Shown: positions 36,080-44,440, numbered from the stretch's first letter. The stretch: DNA of 47,985 nt from Candidatus Omnitrophota bacterium (GCA_026387085.1 JAPLMK010000093.1:1-47985); one strand, 5' to 3'. Notes: generated by a model from the letters alone, not told the origin. Numbers and translations are program-made.

Positions 36080-36721
36080 ATGGAAAAGAATCTTCTTTTT
36101 AAAAATGGCGAAACAATCGTTTTTATCGGCGACAGCATTACCGATGCCTGGAGGCGGGACCAGTTTTTTCCTTACGGAAACGGGTATGTGAAGATGGCAA
36201 TTGATTTATTGACCGCCCGGTATCCGGAAAAATCATTTACCTATTTTAACCGGGGGATAAGCGGCGATACGGTGGAAGGACTTAATGTCCGGTGGCACGA
36301 TGACTTGATTATTCTGAAACCCGACTGGGTTTCCGTCATGATTGGAATCAACGACCTGAGGGATTTATCGAATCCGATATCTCCGGATAAATACGAAAAA
36401 TTATACCGGGCGATTTTAAGGCGGACTAAGCAGGAGACAAAAGCAAAATTAATTTTATTGGAACCGTTTTATATCAGCCGGGACCTTCAAAGCGGTAGTT
36501 ATCGTTCCTGGGTTTTAAAAATAATACCGGATTATATTAAAGTTGTGCGACGGTTGTCCGGAGAATTTGATGCGTTATTAATCAAAACACACGATATTTT
36601 TCAGAAACAGTTAAAATACCGGCCGGCTGACACTTTTTGCCCGGAACCGATTCACCCCAACGCAACCGGCCACCTGATAATCGCCCACGAACTGCTGAAG
36701 GCGATAAATTTTCAATTTTAA
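36080..36721 (+). CDS. SGNH/GDSL-family hydrolase
   Basis: IVFIGDSITD block I, GISGDT block II, a GIND-type block III and a late PIHPN..GH block V. ATG 36080 is used because the longer ORF-track start overlaps the clpC 3' end. Confidence 0.8.
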   Translation: MEKNLLFKNGETIVFIGDSITDAWRRDQFFPYGNGYVKMAIDLLTARYPEKSFTYFNRGISGDTVEGLNVRWHDDLIILKPDWVSVMIGINDLRDLSNPISPDKYEKLYRAILRRTKQETKAKLILLEPFYISRDLQSGSYRSWVLKIIPDYIKVVRRLSGEFDALLIKTHDIFQKQLKYRPADTFCPEPIHPNATGHLIIAHELLKAINFQF

Positions 36722-36723
36722 GT

Positions 36724-36890
36724 GTCATTTTGAGCCGTAAATAATTTGTCATCCTGAGCCGTGGATTAAAAATGCTGTCATCCCCGAATGTTTAGATCGG
36801 GGATGACAGCACTTGAAGCGCATGGATTCCCGCCTACTATCCGCGGGAATGACATATTATCTGTCATCCTGAGCCGCGGTTGCGAAGAAC
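36724..36890. repeat. Cluster of five short palindromic repeat units (GTCATCCTGAGC and GTCATCCCCGA/GCGGGAATGAC families)
   Basis: gtcattttgagccg (36724), gtcatcctgagccg (36748), hairpin ctgtcatccccga-atgtttaga-tcggggatgacag (36775-36809), hairpin ttcccgc-ctactatc-cgcgggaatgac (36827-36853) and gtcatcctgagccgcggttgcgaagaac (36863-36890). Confidence 0.8.
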
Positions 36891-36911
36891 GACAACAAAA
36901 GAGGAGATTAA

Positions 36912-38234
36912 ATGGCGCGGATTACTTTCATTGGAGCCGGCAGTTTTGGTTTTACCCGTAGTTTGGTTAAGGATGTTTTAACCTTTTCCGGCTTGAAGGA
37001 CGCCACCATTGTTCTGATGGATATTGATAAGGAACGGCTTGAGTTTGCGCGTAAAGCGGTTCAGAAAATTATAGATTTGGGCAAATATCCGGCTAAAATT
37101 AAGGTAACGATGGACCGCAAAGAAGCCTTGAAAGGCGCGGATGCGGTTCTCTGCACTATTCTGTCCGGGGATGTTCATGTCTGGCGCCACGATATTGAAA
37201 TACCCAAGAAGTACGGGGTGGATATCAATATCGGCGATACCCGGGGGCCTTCGGGCATCTTCCGCGCCCTGCGGACCATCCCGGTAATGCTTTCTATCTG
37301 CCGGGATATGGAAAAACTTTGCCCGGATGCGATTCTATTAAATTATACCAACCCGATGGCGATGCTCTGCCGGGCGATGCAGCGCAAAACAAGCATCAAG
37401 GTTACCGGTCTTTGCCACAGCGTTCAGGGGACTGCTGAAATGTTGGCTAAGTGGATTGGCGCGGAGATGAAGGATATTACCTTTGTCTGCGCCGGCATCA
37501 ACCATCAGGCCTGGTACTTGAAGTACGAAAAGAATTGCCGGGACGCCTATCCCCTCATCCGCAAGGCAATGGCGAAAAAAGAGATATATAACGAAGAAAT
37601 TGTCCGCAACGAGATGTTCCGGCACTTGGACTATTATGTTACCGAGTCCAGCGGGCATAACTCTGAATATAGTTGGTGGTTCCGGAAACGGCCGGATTTG
37701 CTTGAAAAGTATTGTAATCACGGCACCGGTTGGAATCCGGGCGTGTATGCTTATATTGTAAATTATTACTTAAGTCAGGAAAAAAACTGGAAGAAGGATG
37801 CGAATGATTGGCTGGCCCAAAAGAAAATTCCGCTGGAAAGAGGACACGAATATGCCGCCAGTATCATTAACGCCTGCCTGGGCGGAGAACCGTTTGAATT
37901 CAACGGCAACGTGCCCAACACCGGGCTGATTACCAATCTTCCGGATGATGTCTGCGTGGAAGTGCCGGTGGTTGCCAACCGGCGCGGTTTTAACGCCATA
38001 CACGTCGGTGCTCTCCCGCCCCAGTTGGCCGCCCTGAATAATATCAGCGTGGCGGTGGAAGAGATGGCGGTGGAAGGTTGTTTGACCGGAAACGCCCGGC
38101 TGGTCTTTCAGGCAATCGCCTATGACCCGCTTACGGCCAGCGTTCTTTCTCTGGCGGAAATCAAGAAGATGGTGGCGGAGATGTTTGCCAAAAACCGGTC
38201 CTATCTGCCCCACTTCAAGAACACGGTTATTTAA
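36912..38234 (+). CDS. Glycoside hydrolase family 4 (alpha-galactosidase/alpha-glucosidase type, NAD- and Mn-dependent)
   Basis: [16 protein letters not shown]-binding N-terminus, then [17 protein letters not shown] and INH.AW motifs. Confidence 0.82.
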   Translation: MARITFIGAGSFGFTRSLVKDVLTFSGLKDATIVLMDIDKERLEFARKAVQKIIDLGKYPAKIKVTMDRKEALKGADAVLCTILSGDVHVWRHDIEIPKKYGVDINIGDTRGPSGIFRALRTIPVMLSICRDMEKLCPDAILLNYTNPMAMLCRAMQRKTSIKVTGLCHSVQGTAEMLAKWIGAEMKDITFVCAGINHQAWYLKYEKNCRDAYPLIRKAMAKKEIYNEEIVRNEMFRHLDYYVTESSGHNSEYSWWFRKRPDLLEKYCNHGTGWNPGVYAYIVNYYLSQEKNWKKDANDWLAQKKIPLERGHEYAASIINACLGGEPFEFNGNVPNTGLITNLPDDVCVEVPVVANRRGFNAIHVGALPPQLAALNNISVAVEEMAVEGCLTGNARLVFQAIAYDPLTASVLSLAEIKKMVAEMFAKNRSYLPHFKNTVI

Positions 38235-38249
38235 TATCTTGTCAAGAAT

Positions 38250-38320
38250 GTCATTCTGAGCGGTAGCGAAGAATCCCGTTGTTGAAAGCGAGATCCTTCG
38301 CAACCCCGGCTCAGGATGAC
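38250..38320. repeat. GTCATTCTGAGCG...GCGAAGAATC family inverted pair (hairpin) downstream of the GH4 gene
   Basis: gtcattctgagcggtagcgaagaatc (38250-38275) faces gatccttcgcaaccccggctcaggatgac (38292-38320). Confidence 0.8.
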
Positions 38321-38417
38321 AAATCTTCATCAGCCCCGTATGTTCCGCGGACAGTAATTGAGAATCCAAAATCATTTTAATATGCTTATTTGACCATAAT
38401 TTGTTTTTGATTTAAAA

Positions 38418-38443
38418 TATAACCAGATAACAATACGGTTATA
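38418..38443. promoter_or_regulatory. Candidate ArsR-type operator: 7-bp perfect inverted repeat with a 12-nt spacer
   Basis: TATAACC (38418-38424), N12, GGTTATA (38437-38443), ending 8 nt before the permease ATG at 38452. Function inferred only from the adjacent ArsR-family gene. Confidence 0.3.
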
Positions 38444-38451
38444 TAAACAAT

Positions 38452-39420
38452 ATGAATATTTTTTTTCCGGTAAAAATCCTGGCTGATTGGTTTACTTTTC
38501 AGGTTTTTCGTATTCCCCGCGGAACTTTGGCCGGGGAGGCTGTAAATTTTTTCATCTTTGATACGGTTAAAATATTTTTACTTCTTCTGGCAATTATCTT
38601 TGCGGTTTCAATCATCCGTTCTTTTCTGCCGCCGGAGAGAGTGCGGTCGATTCTGCTGAGTAAGAACAAATACACCGGTAATGTTCTGGCTGCCTTGTTG
38701 GGTATCATCACCCCGTTTTGCACCTGCAGCGCTATCCCGCTCTTCCTGGGGTTTGTGGAAGCCGGAGTGCCGCTTGGGGTTACCTTTTCCTTCCTGGTTG
38801 CGTCCCCGATGATTAATGAGGTGGCGTTGATTCTGCTTTTAGGAATGTTTGGTTGGAAAATCGCCCTGATCTATATTGGAAGCGGTTTGCTAATCGCTAT
38901 TATCTCCGGGGTTATTATCGGGTCGCTGAAGGTTGAAAATCTGCTCGAAGAGTTTGTTCTGCAAAGCAGGATAGGCGTTTCTTATTTCGGCTCTAAATTA
39001 TCGTGGCCGGAAAGGATGGCGTACGCTAAAAGTTATACCGGTGATATTTTGAAAAAAGTTTGGCCTTACGTGCTGGTTGGAATTGGAGTGGGCGCCTGGA
39101 TACACGGCTATGTGCCGGCTAATTTCTTGGTAAAATACGCCGGAGCCGGTAAATGGTACGCGGTGCCGCTGGCAACGCTTATCGGAATTCCGCTTTATTC
39201 CAATGCGGCCGGCATAATCCCGCTGGTCAGCGCTTTGACGGAAAAGGGCGTCAGCCTGGGAACAGTGCTCGCCTTCATGATGGCGGTTACCGGGTTGTCT
39301 CTGCCGGAGTTTATGATTTTGAGGCGGGTAATGAAGACGAAACTGATTCTTCTTTTTGCCGGTATTGTCGGTGTTGGAATTATCTTTACCGGTTATTTCT
39401 TTAACCTGATATTAAAATGA
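38452..39420 (+). CDS. ArsP-like permease (PF03773 / DUF318-type, vicinal Cys pair)
   Basis: About 8 TM helices and a TPFCTCSAIPLF motif typical of this permease family. Linked to ArsR and a redox-active disulfide protein. Confidence 0.7.
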   Translation: MNIFFPVKILADWFTFQVFRIPRGTLAGEAVNFFIFDTVKIFLLLLAIIFAVSIIRSFLPPERVRSILLSKNKYTGNVLAALLGIITPFCTCSAIPLFLGFVEAGVPLGVTFSFLVASPMINEVALILLLGMFGWKIALIYIGSGLLIAIISGVIIGSLKVENLLEEFVLQSRIGVSYFGSKLSWPERMAYAKSYTGDILKKVWPYVLVGIGVGAWIHGYVPANFLVKYAGAGKWYAVPLATLIGIPLYSNAAGIIPLVSALTEKGVSLGTVLAFMMAVTGLSLPEFMILRRVMKTKLILLFAGIVGVGIIFTGYFFNLILK

Positions 39421-39830
39421 ACAATTCTCTGAAAGAATTAACTAAAATTTTTAAGGCCCTGGGTGACCGGAATCGGTTCCGAATCGTTAAAATGCTGCAG
39501 AAAAGGCCGCTTTGCGTCTGCGAAATTAAGGAAGTTTTAGGTATTTCCCAGCCGGCTGTTTCCCGTCATCTGAGCATCTTGAAGAACGCCGGGCTGATAG
39601 AGGACGAAAAGAGTGGAATCTGGACTAATTGCCGGCTTCCCGAAATTATTAAAAACGAATCGGTTGCCGCAATTTTGAAATATCTTGAATTACGCGGTAA
39701 CAAAGACGGCCGCATAATTCTTGATTGCCGCAAGGTGTCTGGTGTTAATCGTAAAGATATTTGCGCCCGAAAGGGGAAAAAGCTCCCTCTCCCCGGGGGC
39801 CGCAGGTCCGCCTCAGGCGGGGAGAGGTGA
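39417..39830 (+). CDS. arsR: ArsR/SmtB-family transcriptional regulator with a repeat-encoded C-terminal tail
   Basis: FKALGD.NRFRIV..L.....CVCEI.EVLGISQPAVSRHL..LK.AGLI wHTH. ATGA overlap with the permease. The last roughly 15 codons (LPLPGGRRSASGGER) lie in repeat 39786-39839. Confidence 0.85.
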   Translation: MNNSLKELTKIFKALGDRNRFRIVKMLQKRPLCVCEIKEVLGISQPAVSRHLSILKNAGLIEDEKSGIWTNCRLPEIIKNESVAAILKYLELRGNKDGRIILDCRKVSGVNRKDICARKGKKLPLPGGRRSASGGER

Positions 39831-39839
39831 GGTGAGGGG
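39786..39839 (+). repeat. CCTCTCCCC-loop-GGGGAGAGG-TGAGGTGAGGGG element (long-loop variant)
   Basis: cctctcccc (39786-39794), a 24-nt loop containing ccgcctcaggcgg, ggggagagg (39819-39827), then tgaggtgagggg. Ends 8 nt before the ATG at 39848. Confidence 0.85.
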
Positions 39840-39847
39840 CAGGGAAA

Positions 39848-40078
39848 ATGAGAATTGAAATTTTAGGTTCGGGCTGCGCTAAATGTAAACAACTGACCGC
39901 TAACGTAGAAACAGCCGTAAAAGAATTAGGATTATCGGTTGAAGTTTTTAAGATTATCGAGATTGCCAAAATTATTTCCTACGGTGTGATGCTGACTCCG
40001 GCCCTGGTAATTGACGGTAAGGTCAAATCAAGCGGCCGCAGCCTTTCCGTTGCTGAAATCAAGAAAATTATTCTTTAA
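39848..40078 (+). CDS. Thioredoxin-fold redox-active disulfide protein 2 family
   Basis: 76 aa with an MRIEILGSGCAKCKQL N-terminus (CxxC) and the MLTPALVIDGKV pattern typical of this family. Confidence 0.8.
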   Translation: MRIEILGSGCAKCKQLTANVETAVKELGLSVEVFKIIEIAKIISYGVMLTPALVIDGKVKSSGRSLSVAEIKKIIL

Positions 40079-40094
40079 ATTGGGATAACAAACA

Positions 40095-41144
40095 ATGAAA
40101 GAATCAATTACAAAAAAATTGTCTTTTTTGGACCGTTATCTGACTTTGTGGATTTTTCTGGCGTTGGGCTCCGGGGTCGGCCTGGGGTATTTCGTTCCGT
40201 CCATCGTTGGTTTTTGGGACCGTTTTACTTTCGGTACTACCAATGTTCCCATTGCCATCGGCCTGATTTTGATGATGTATCCGCCGTTGGCCAAGGTCAA
40301 ATACGAAGAACTCGGCGATGTTTTTAAAAACTGGAAAATACTGGGGCTCTCCCTTCTGCAGAACTGGGTAATCGGTCCAATCTTGATGTTTTTCCTGGCG
40401 ATTATTTTCCTGCGGGGATACCCGGAGTATATGGTCGGACTGATTATGATCGGGCTGGCCCGTTGCATCGCCATGGTAATTGTCTGGAACGACCTGGCGC
40501 AAGGCGATACCGAATACGCGGCCGGACTGGTGGCGTTTAACAGTATTTTTCAGGTGTTGTTCTATTCTGTCTTTGCCTGGGTCTTTATTACTAAAGTACC
40601 GCCTTTGTTCGGCCTCCAAGGAATTGCCGTGAAGATTACCATCGGGCAAATTGCCAAGAGCGTTTTTATTTATCTCGGTATTCCGTTTCTGGCCGGATTT
40701 ATTACCCGTTTTGTGCTAATCAGAGTGAAGAGCAAGGAATGGTACCATACTAAATTTATTCCCCGGATAAGCCCGCTTACCCTGATTGCGCTTCTTTTCA
40801 CCATCCTGGTGATGTTCAGTTTGAAGGGTGAGTATATCGTGAAGATTCCGATGGACGTTGTCAGAATTGCTATTCCGTTATTGATTTATTTTGTAGTGAT
40901 GTTCCTGGTTAGTTTTTATATGGGCAGGCGATTTAAAGCCGGTTACGCCAAAACCACTACGCTGGCGTTCACTGCTGCGAGTAATAATTTTGAATTGGCG
41001 ATAGCGGTGGCGGTAGCCGTTTTCGGAATTAATTCCGGAGCTGCTTTTGCGGCGGTAATCGGTCCGCTGGTGGAAGTTCCGGTGATGATCGTGCTGGTCG
41101 GTGTGGCTTTACGCTTTAAAAATACGCGCCAGGCCTCTGCCTGA
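40095..41144 (+). CDS. acr3: Arsenite efflux transporter, ACR3 family
   Basis: [13 protein letters not shown] start, [26 protein letters not shown] and the ..[12 protein letters not shown] block. Confidence 0.9.
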   Translation: MKESITKKLSFLDRYLTLWIFLALGSGVGLGYFVPSIVGFWDRFTFGTTNVPIAIGLILMMYPPLAKVKYEELGDVFKNWKILGLSLLQNWVIGPILMFFLAIIFLRGYPEYMVGLIMIGLARCIAMVIVWNDLAQGDTEYAAGLVAFNSIFQVLFYSVFAWVFITKVPPLFGLQGIAVKITIGQIAKSVFIYLGIPFLAGFITRFVLIRVKSKEWYHTKFIPRISPLTLIALLFTILVMFSLKGEYIVKIPMDVVRIAIPLLIYFVVMFLVSFYMGRRFKAGYAKTTTLAFTAASNNFELAIAVAVAVFGINSGAAFAAVIGPLVEVPVMIVLVGVALRFKNTRQASA

Positions 41145-41912
41145 TTTGGGATGAAGCAGGACGATCATTAATCCGCCGACAATGTTGCCGATGGTTACCG
41201 GGATGAGGTTTCGGAAAATTTCCCAGAAACGCGAAAAGAATTGTCCGCTTGCCATAAGTCCGGATGGAATGAAGTACATATTGGCGATGGAGTGTTCGTA
41301 TCCGGAAGCGACGAATAACATAATAGGAAAATAGATTCCGAATATTTTTCCGGTTACGGTCTTTGAAGTCAAACACATAATTATTGCCAGGCAAACCAGC
41401 ATATTACAAAGTATTCCCCGGCAGAAACCCTGAAAGAAGGTCAGGGAAATTTTACTTTCGGCAATTTTAACCGCGATATTTCCGGCGGTGCTGGTTAAAT
41501 CGCTGGTTTGTAATAAGCCGGAATTAAATACCAGGCAGGCCAGAAGCAATCCGCCGATAAAGTTCCCCAGGTAAACCACCAGCCAGTTTCTCAGCATTTT
41601 TAAAATGCCGTATTTTTTACTGAGCAGTCCTATTACCATCAGGATATTGCCGGTGAATAGTTCCGCGCCGGGGATGAGAACCAGCATCAACCCCACGCTG
41701 AAGACGGTGCCGGCGAGAAACTTGCCAAATCCCGGGTCAAGCGTTCCGCCGCTTAAGACCGCGGTCGCTGCCGCCGCCCCAAATCCAATGTAAATGCCGG
41801 CCAGGATTCCGTAGACAAAGAGGGCAGAAAGGGAAGAAGCCGCTTTTTTTTCTCCGATGGCAATCAATGCCTGGTTTACTTCTTTTGGCTGTAAAAAAAG
41901 GTTTTCATCCAT
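41109..41912 (-). CDS. Formate/nitrite transporter (FNT) family channel
   Basis: 6 TM helices with [13 protein letters not shown] and [10 protein letters not shown] motifs. The 3' end overlaps the acr3 3' end by 36 nt (convergent). Confidence 0.85.
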   Translation of the reverse strand: MDENLFLQPKEVNQALIAIGEKKAASSLSALFVYGILAGIYIGFGAAAATAVLSGGTLDPGFGKFLAGTVFSVGLMLVLIPGAELFTGNILMVIGLLSKKYGILKMLRNWLVVYLGNFIGGLLLACLVFNSGLLQTSDLTSTAGNIAVKIAESKISLTFFQGFCRGILCNMLVCLAIIMCLTSKTVTGKIFGIYFPIMLFVASGYEHSIANMYFIPSGLMASGQFFSRFWEIFRNLIPVTIGNIVGGLMIVLLHPKSGRGLARIFKA

Positions 41913-41946
41913 AATGTTTAATTATAACCTGCGTTTTGTAAAAAAA

Positions 41947-42915
41947 TCAAAACTGCGGCGCCAGGTTTCGCTTGTAAAAGCGGGCAACTTCCGGACTGTC
42001 TATCACCGAAATAATTTCCTGGTTTCGGCCGGCTGCGCCGCTGGGGTTATAAGAGCCGGTGATAACTTTTTTGTTGTCAATCAGGAACAGTTTATAGTGG
42101 TTTAAATAATAGTTTTTGTCCCAGGTCACGCTTGCGCCGGAAGCGTTTAGTTGGCGGAAAGCCGTATCATTTCCGGTCCAGTCCCGTTCCAGGATGCCGG
42201 ATACTTTAATGCCCCGGCTGGTTTTTTCTTTTAAAACCTGGATGATTTCCGAATCAGTGAAGACGTAATGTGAGAAAAATATCTCTTTTTGCGCCGATTT
42301 TAGTTCTTTCAAAATAACGGGGCGGCATTCCGGATTCAGGTAAATTTGAATCGGTATCTCCGGGTTGCCTTGAAAGTGCGGAGGCGGTTCTTTTCCGGTC
42401 ACCAGAGAGTTAAAAGCCCGTCTCAGGTAACCGGCAATTTCCGGAGAGTGGAAGAAGATTAAATCGTTGTCGCTTTGATAGGCAGAATTAAAAGTCAGGT
42501 TCAGGGAGCCCAACCAGGAATTTTTTTCATCGATAACGCCGAACTTAACATGCATCAGGGAAGATGGTTTGGAGTCGGTATAGATAAAATTGAAGGGGAG
42601 GGCAGGGGCGGTTTCGGACGCTTTGTCGTCTACCAGTATCTTGACCGTCACGCCCCGGTCCTGGGCTGCTTTCAGGGCGGAGAATACGCAGGGCAGGTTG
42701 GCTTCAAAAGAAGTTATTAACACTTCTTTTTTTGCCTGGTTAATCAGGTTAGTTATTTCGAGAGGTATGTCGTTCCGGCGGGAAAGATAGACCTTGAAAT
42801 CTTTGGTTACCAGCGGTTGCGGCTGGTTGCATCCGGCTAAAAGAATTAAAGGCATCAGCCCGAACAGGGCGAAGCACATATGCCTGAGTCGCATAATTTT
42901 ATTATACCATCCCAT
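41947..42915 (-). CDS. Phospholipase D-superfamily lipoprotein with two HKD motifs
   Basis: Lipobox LILLAGC (the more likely start is the internal Met at 42894). HVKFGVIDEKNSWLGSLN and HYKLFLIDNKKVITGSYN fit HxK(x4)D(x6)GS.N. Confidence 0.8.
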   Translation of the reverse strand: MGWYNKIMRLRHMCFALFGLMPLILLAGCNQPQPLVTKDFKVYLSRRNDIPLEITNLINQAKKEVLITSFEANLPCVFSALKAAQDRGVTVKILVDDKASETAPALPFNFIYTDSKPSSLMHVKFGVIDEKNSWLGSLNLTFNSAYQSDNDLIFFHSPEIAGYLRRAFNSLVTGKEPPPHFQGNPEIPIQIYLNPECRPVILKELKSAQKEIFFSHYVFTDSEIIQVLKEKTSRGIKVSGILERDWTGNDTAFRQLNASGASVTWDKNYYLNHYKLFLIDNKKVITGSYNPSGAAGRNQEIISVIDSPEVARFYKRNLAPQF

Positions 42916-42967
42916 CTTATGCTATAATAACATTGTATACGGTGTTATTTGGGCCATGCTCCCAATT

Positions 42968-43005
42968 CCTCTCCCCTTTGGGGAGAGGATGAAGGTGAGG
43001 GGGGG
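42968..43005 (+). repeat. CCTCTCCCC-loop-GGGGAGAGG-ATGAAGGTGAGGGG element (short-loop variant)
   Basis: cctctcccc (42968-42976), ttt, ggggagagg (42980-42988), atgaaggtgaggggggg. Ends 19 nt before the bioY ATG. Confidence 0.85.
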
Positions 43006-43024
43006 TGTATTTAGCGGAGGAACA

Positions 43025-43600
43025 ATGGAAACCAAAATTTTGCCTTTTAAACGGTTAATGATGGAAAGAGAGAACCTGCTGGCGCGTAAGATTCTGCTTT
43101 CGATAGCGATGGCTGTGGTGACCGGGTTGCTGGCCGGTATCCGTATCCCGCTTCCATTTACGCCGATTCCGCTTACCGGCCAGGTTTTAGGGGTGCTGCT
43201 TGCCGGTATTTTCCTGGAGGGTTCTTTTGCCGGTTTAAGCCAGGCCCTTTACCTGCTCATCGGCTTAAGCGGTATTCCCTGGTTTTCCGGCTGGAGCAGT
43301 ATTTCTTTCGCAACTTTTGCCGTTACCCCTACTTCCGGGTATCTGGTCGGGTTTATTCCGGCCGCTTTTCTGGTCGGAAAACTGGAACACAACGGGTCCC
43401 GGATGAATATTATCCGGCATGCGATCGCGTTTTTTTCCGGTATCTTGGTCCTCTATTGTTTCGGGGCGGCTCACTTGGCAACAATACTGCATACCGGCTT
43501 TCAGCGGACGCTGGTTTTGGCTGTTTATCCCTTCATCTTTTTTGATTTTTTGAAAGCTCTCCTGGCCGCTTCATTTGTGAGCGCTTTTCGTAAAGTCTAA
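43025..43600 (+). CDS. bioY: Biotin transporter S component BioY
   Basis: IPLPFTPIPLTGQVLGVLLAG and GYLVGFIPAAFLVG motifs with 5-6 TM helices. ATG 43025 with a GGAGG SD is preferred; the ORF-track start at 42794 spans the PLD promoter region and a repeat. Confidence 0.85.
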   Translation: METKILPFKRLMMERENLLARKILLSIAMAVVTGLLAGIRIPLPFTPIPLTGQVLGVLLAGIFLEGSFAGLSQALYLLIGLSGIPWFSGWSSISFATFAVTPTSGYLVGFIPAAFLVGKLEHNGSRMNIIRHAIAFFSGILVLYCFGAAHLATILHTGFQRTLVLAVYPFIFFDFLKALLAASFVSAFRKV

Positions 43601-43609
43601 ATTTTTGCT

Positions 43610-43666
43610 CCTCTCCCCTCAGGGCTGCAAGTCCGCCTCAGGCGGGGAGAGGATGAAGGTGAGGGG
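43610..43666 (+). repeat. CCTCTCCCC-loop-GGGGAGAGG-ATGAAGGTGAGGGG element (long-loop variant)
   Basis: cctctcccc (43610-43618), a 25-nt loop with ccgcctcaggcgg, ggggagagg (43644-43652), atgaaggtgagggg (to 43666). Starts 10 nt after the bioY stop and abuts the nitroreductase start. Confidence 0.85.
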
Positions 43667-44244
43667 TGAAAATGACTGTTTACGAAACAATCCTGAAACG
43701 ACGCACCGTTCGCTCTTTTCAACCCAGGACGGTTCCCGGTTCAATTCTGGAAAAGATGGTAAACGCCGGCCGTTTGGCTCCTTCGGCCGCCAATCTTCAG
43801 CCCTGCGAATTTTTAATCGTGGACGAACAGGATTTAATTGCGGCGGTTTTTTCCACCCTGCAGTGGGCCGGTTATGTAACGCCGGCCGGCAACCCGCCGG
43901 AAGGGAAGAGGCCGGTTGCTTATATCGTTCTGCTTCTTAATCAGGAAAAGAGCCAAGGCGGTATTTCTGAAGCCGGGGCAGTTATTGAAAATATGATTTT
44001 GACCGGTCTGGAAGAGGGTGTTGCCTCCTGCTGGCTGGGCTCGGTAGACCGCGGCCAATTGGTGAAAATTCTCAATATTCCGGATTACTGCCGGATTGAT
44101 TCGGTATTGGCGCTGGGCTATCCGGACCAGGAGAACCAGGTCGAGGATTTTGCCGGTTCCGTTAAATACTGGCTTGACGAAAATGGTAATTTCCACGTGC
44201 CCAAGCGCAGTTTAAAAGACGTTCTGCACCGTAACACCTACTAA
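43666..44244 (+). CDS. Nitroreductase-family protein
   Basis: ETILKRRTVRSFQ N-terminus, APSA.N.QP and CW.G motifs. The start is either GTG 43666 or ATG 43672. Confidence 0.82.
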   Translation: MKMTVYETILKRRTVRSFQPRTVPGSILEKMVNAGRLAPSAANLQPCEFLIVDEQDLIAAVFSTLQWAGYVTPAGNPPEGKRPVAYIVLLLNQEKSQGGISEAGAVIENMILTGLEEGVASCWLGSVDRGQLVKILNIPDYCRIDSVLALGYPDQENQVEDFAGSVKYWLDENGNFHVPKRSLKDVLHRNTY

Positions 44245-44256
44245 TATAAATTGTCT

Positions 44257-44333
44257 GTCATTCCCGCGGGAATGTGTCATTCTGAGCGCAGCGAAGAATC
44301 TATCTTTTTTTTGTAGTGTGACCCGTGCGGGTC
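44257..44333. repeat. Three abutting palindromic repeat units directly upstream of tRNA-Ser
   Basis: Perfect 16-nt palindrome cattcccgcgggaatg within 44257-44274; gtcattctgagcgcagcgaagaatc (44276-44300); tgtagtg-tgaccc-gtgc-gggtcg (44312-44333). Confidence 0.8.
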
Positions 44334-44355
44334 GCTCATCTTGTTAATAGTTACT

Positions 44356-44440
44356 GGAGAGGTGCCTGAGTGGTTGAAGGGGCACGATTGGAAATCGTGT
44401 AGCCTGCAAGGGCTCGTGGGTTCGAATCCCACCCTCTCCG
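44356..44440 (+). tRNA. tRNA-Ser (anticodon GGA)
   Basis: Hand-folded cloverleaf. Acceptor GGAGAGG/CCTCTCC, anticodon stem cacga/tcgtg with loop TTGGAAA (GGA), long variable arm agcctgcaagggct, T arm gtggg-ttcgaat-cccac, discriminator G. CCA is not encoded. Confidence 0.9.

Noticed and set aside
37770-38375. 201-aa minus-strand ORF over the GH4 3' end and the family D hairpin
   Set aside because: It is antisense to GH4 and extends through a palindromic repeat. This is the typical spurious hypothetical protein generated by such repeats.
42794-43024. Long N-terminal extension of bioY suggested by the ORF track
   Set aside because: The extension overlaps the PLD gene start on the other strand and reads through repeat 42968-43005. 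ATG 43025 has a GGAGG SD, and BioY homology begins there.
43605-43940. 111-aa plus-strand ORF starting inside the family C repeat and overlapping the nitroreductase gene
   Set aside because: It starts within a repeat, and its frame overlaps a CDS with clear nitroreductase motifs. Its Arg/Gly-rich sequence has no motif.
15731-44333. Possibility that the short repeats form a CRISPR array
   Set aside because: No regularly spaced identical direct repeats with unique spacers are present. Copies are palindromic, belong to several families, are mixed in orientation and are scattered singly or in inverted pairs. No cas genes are present.
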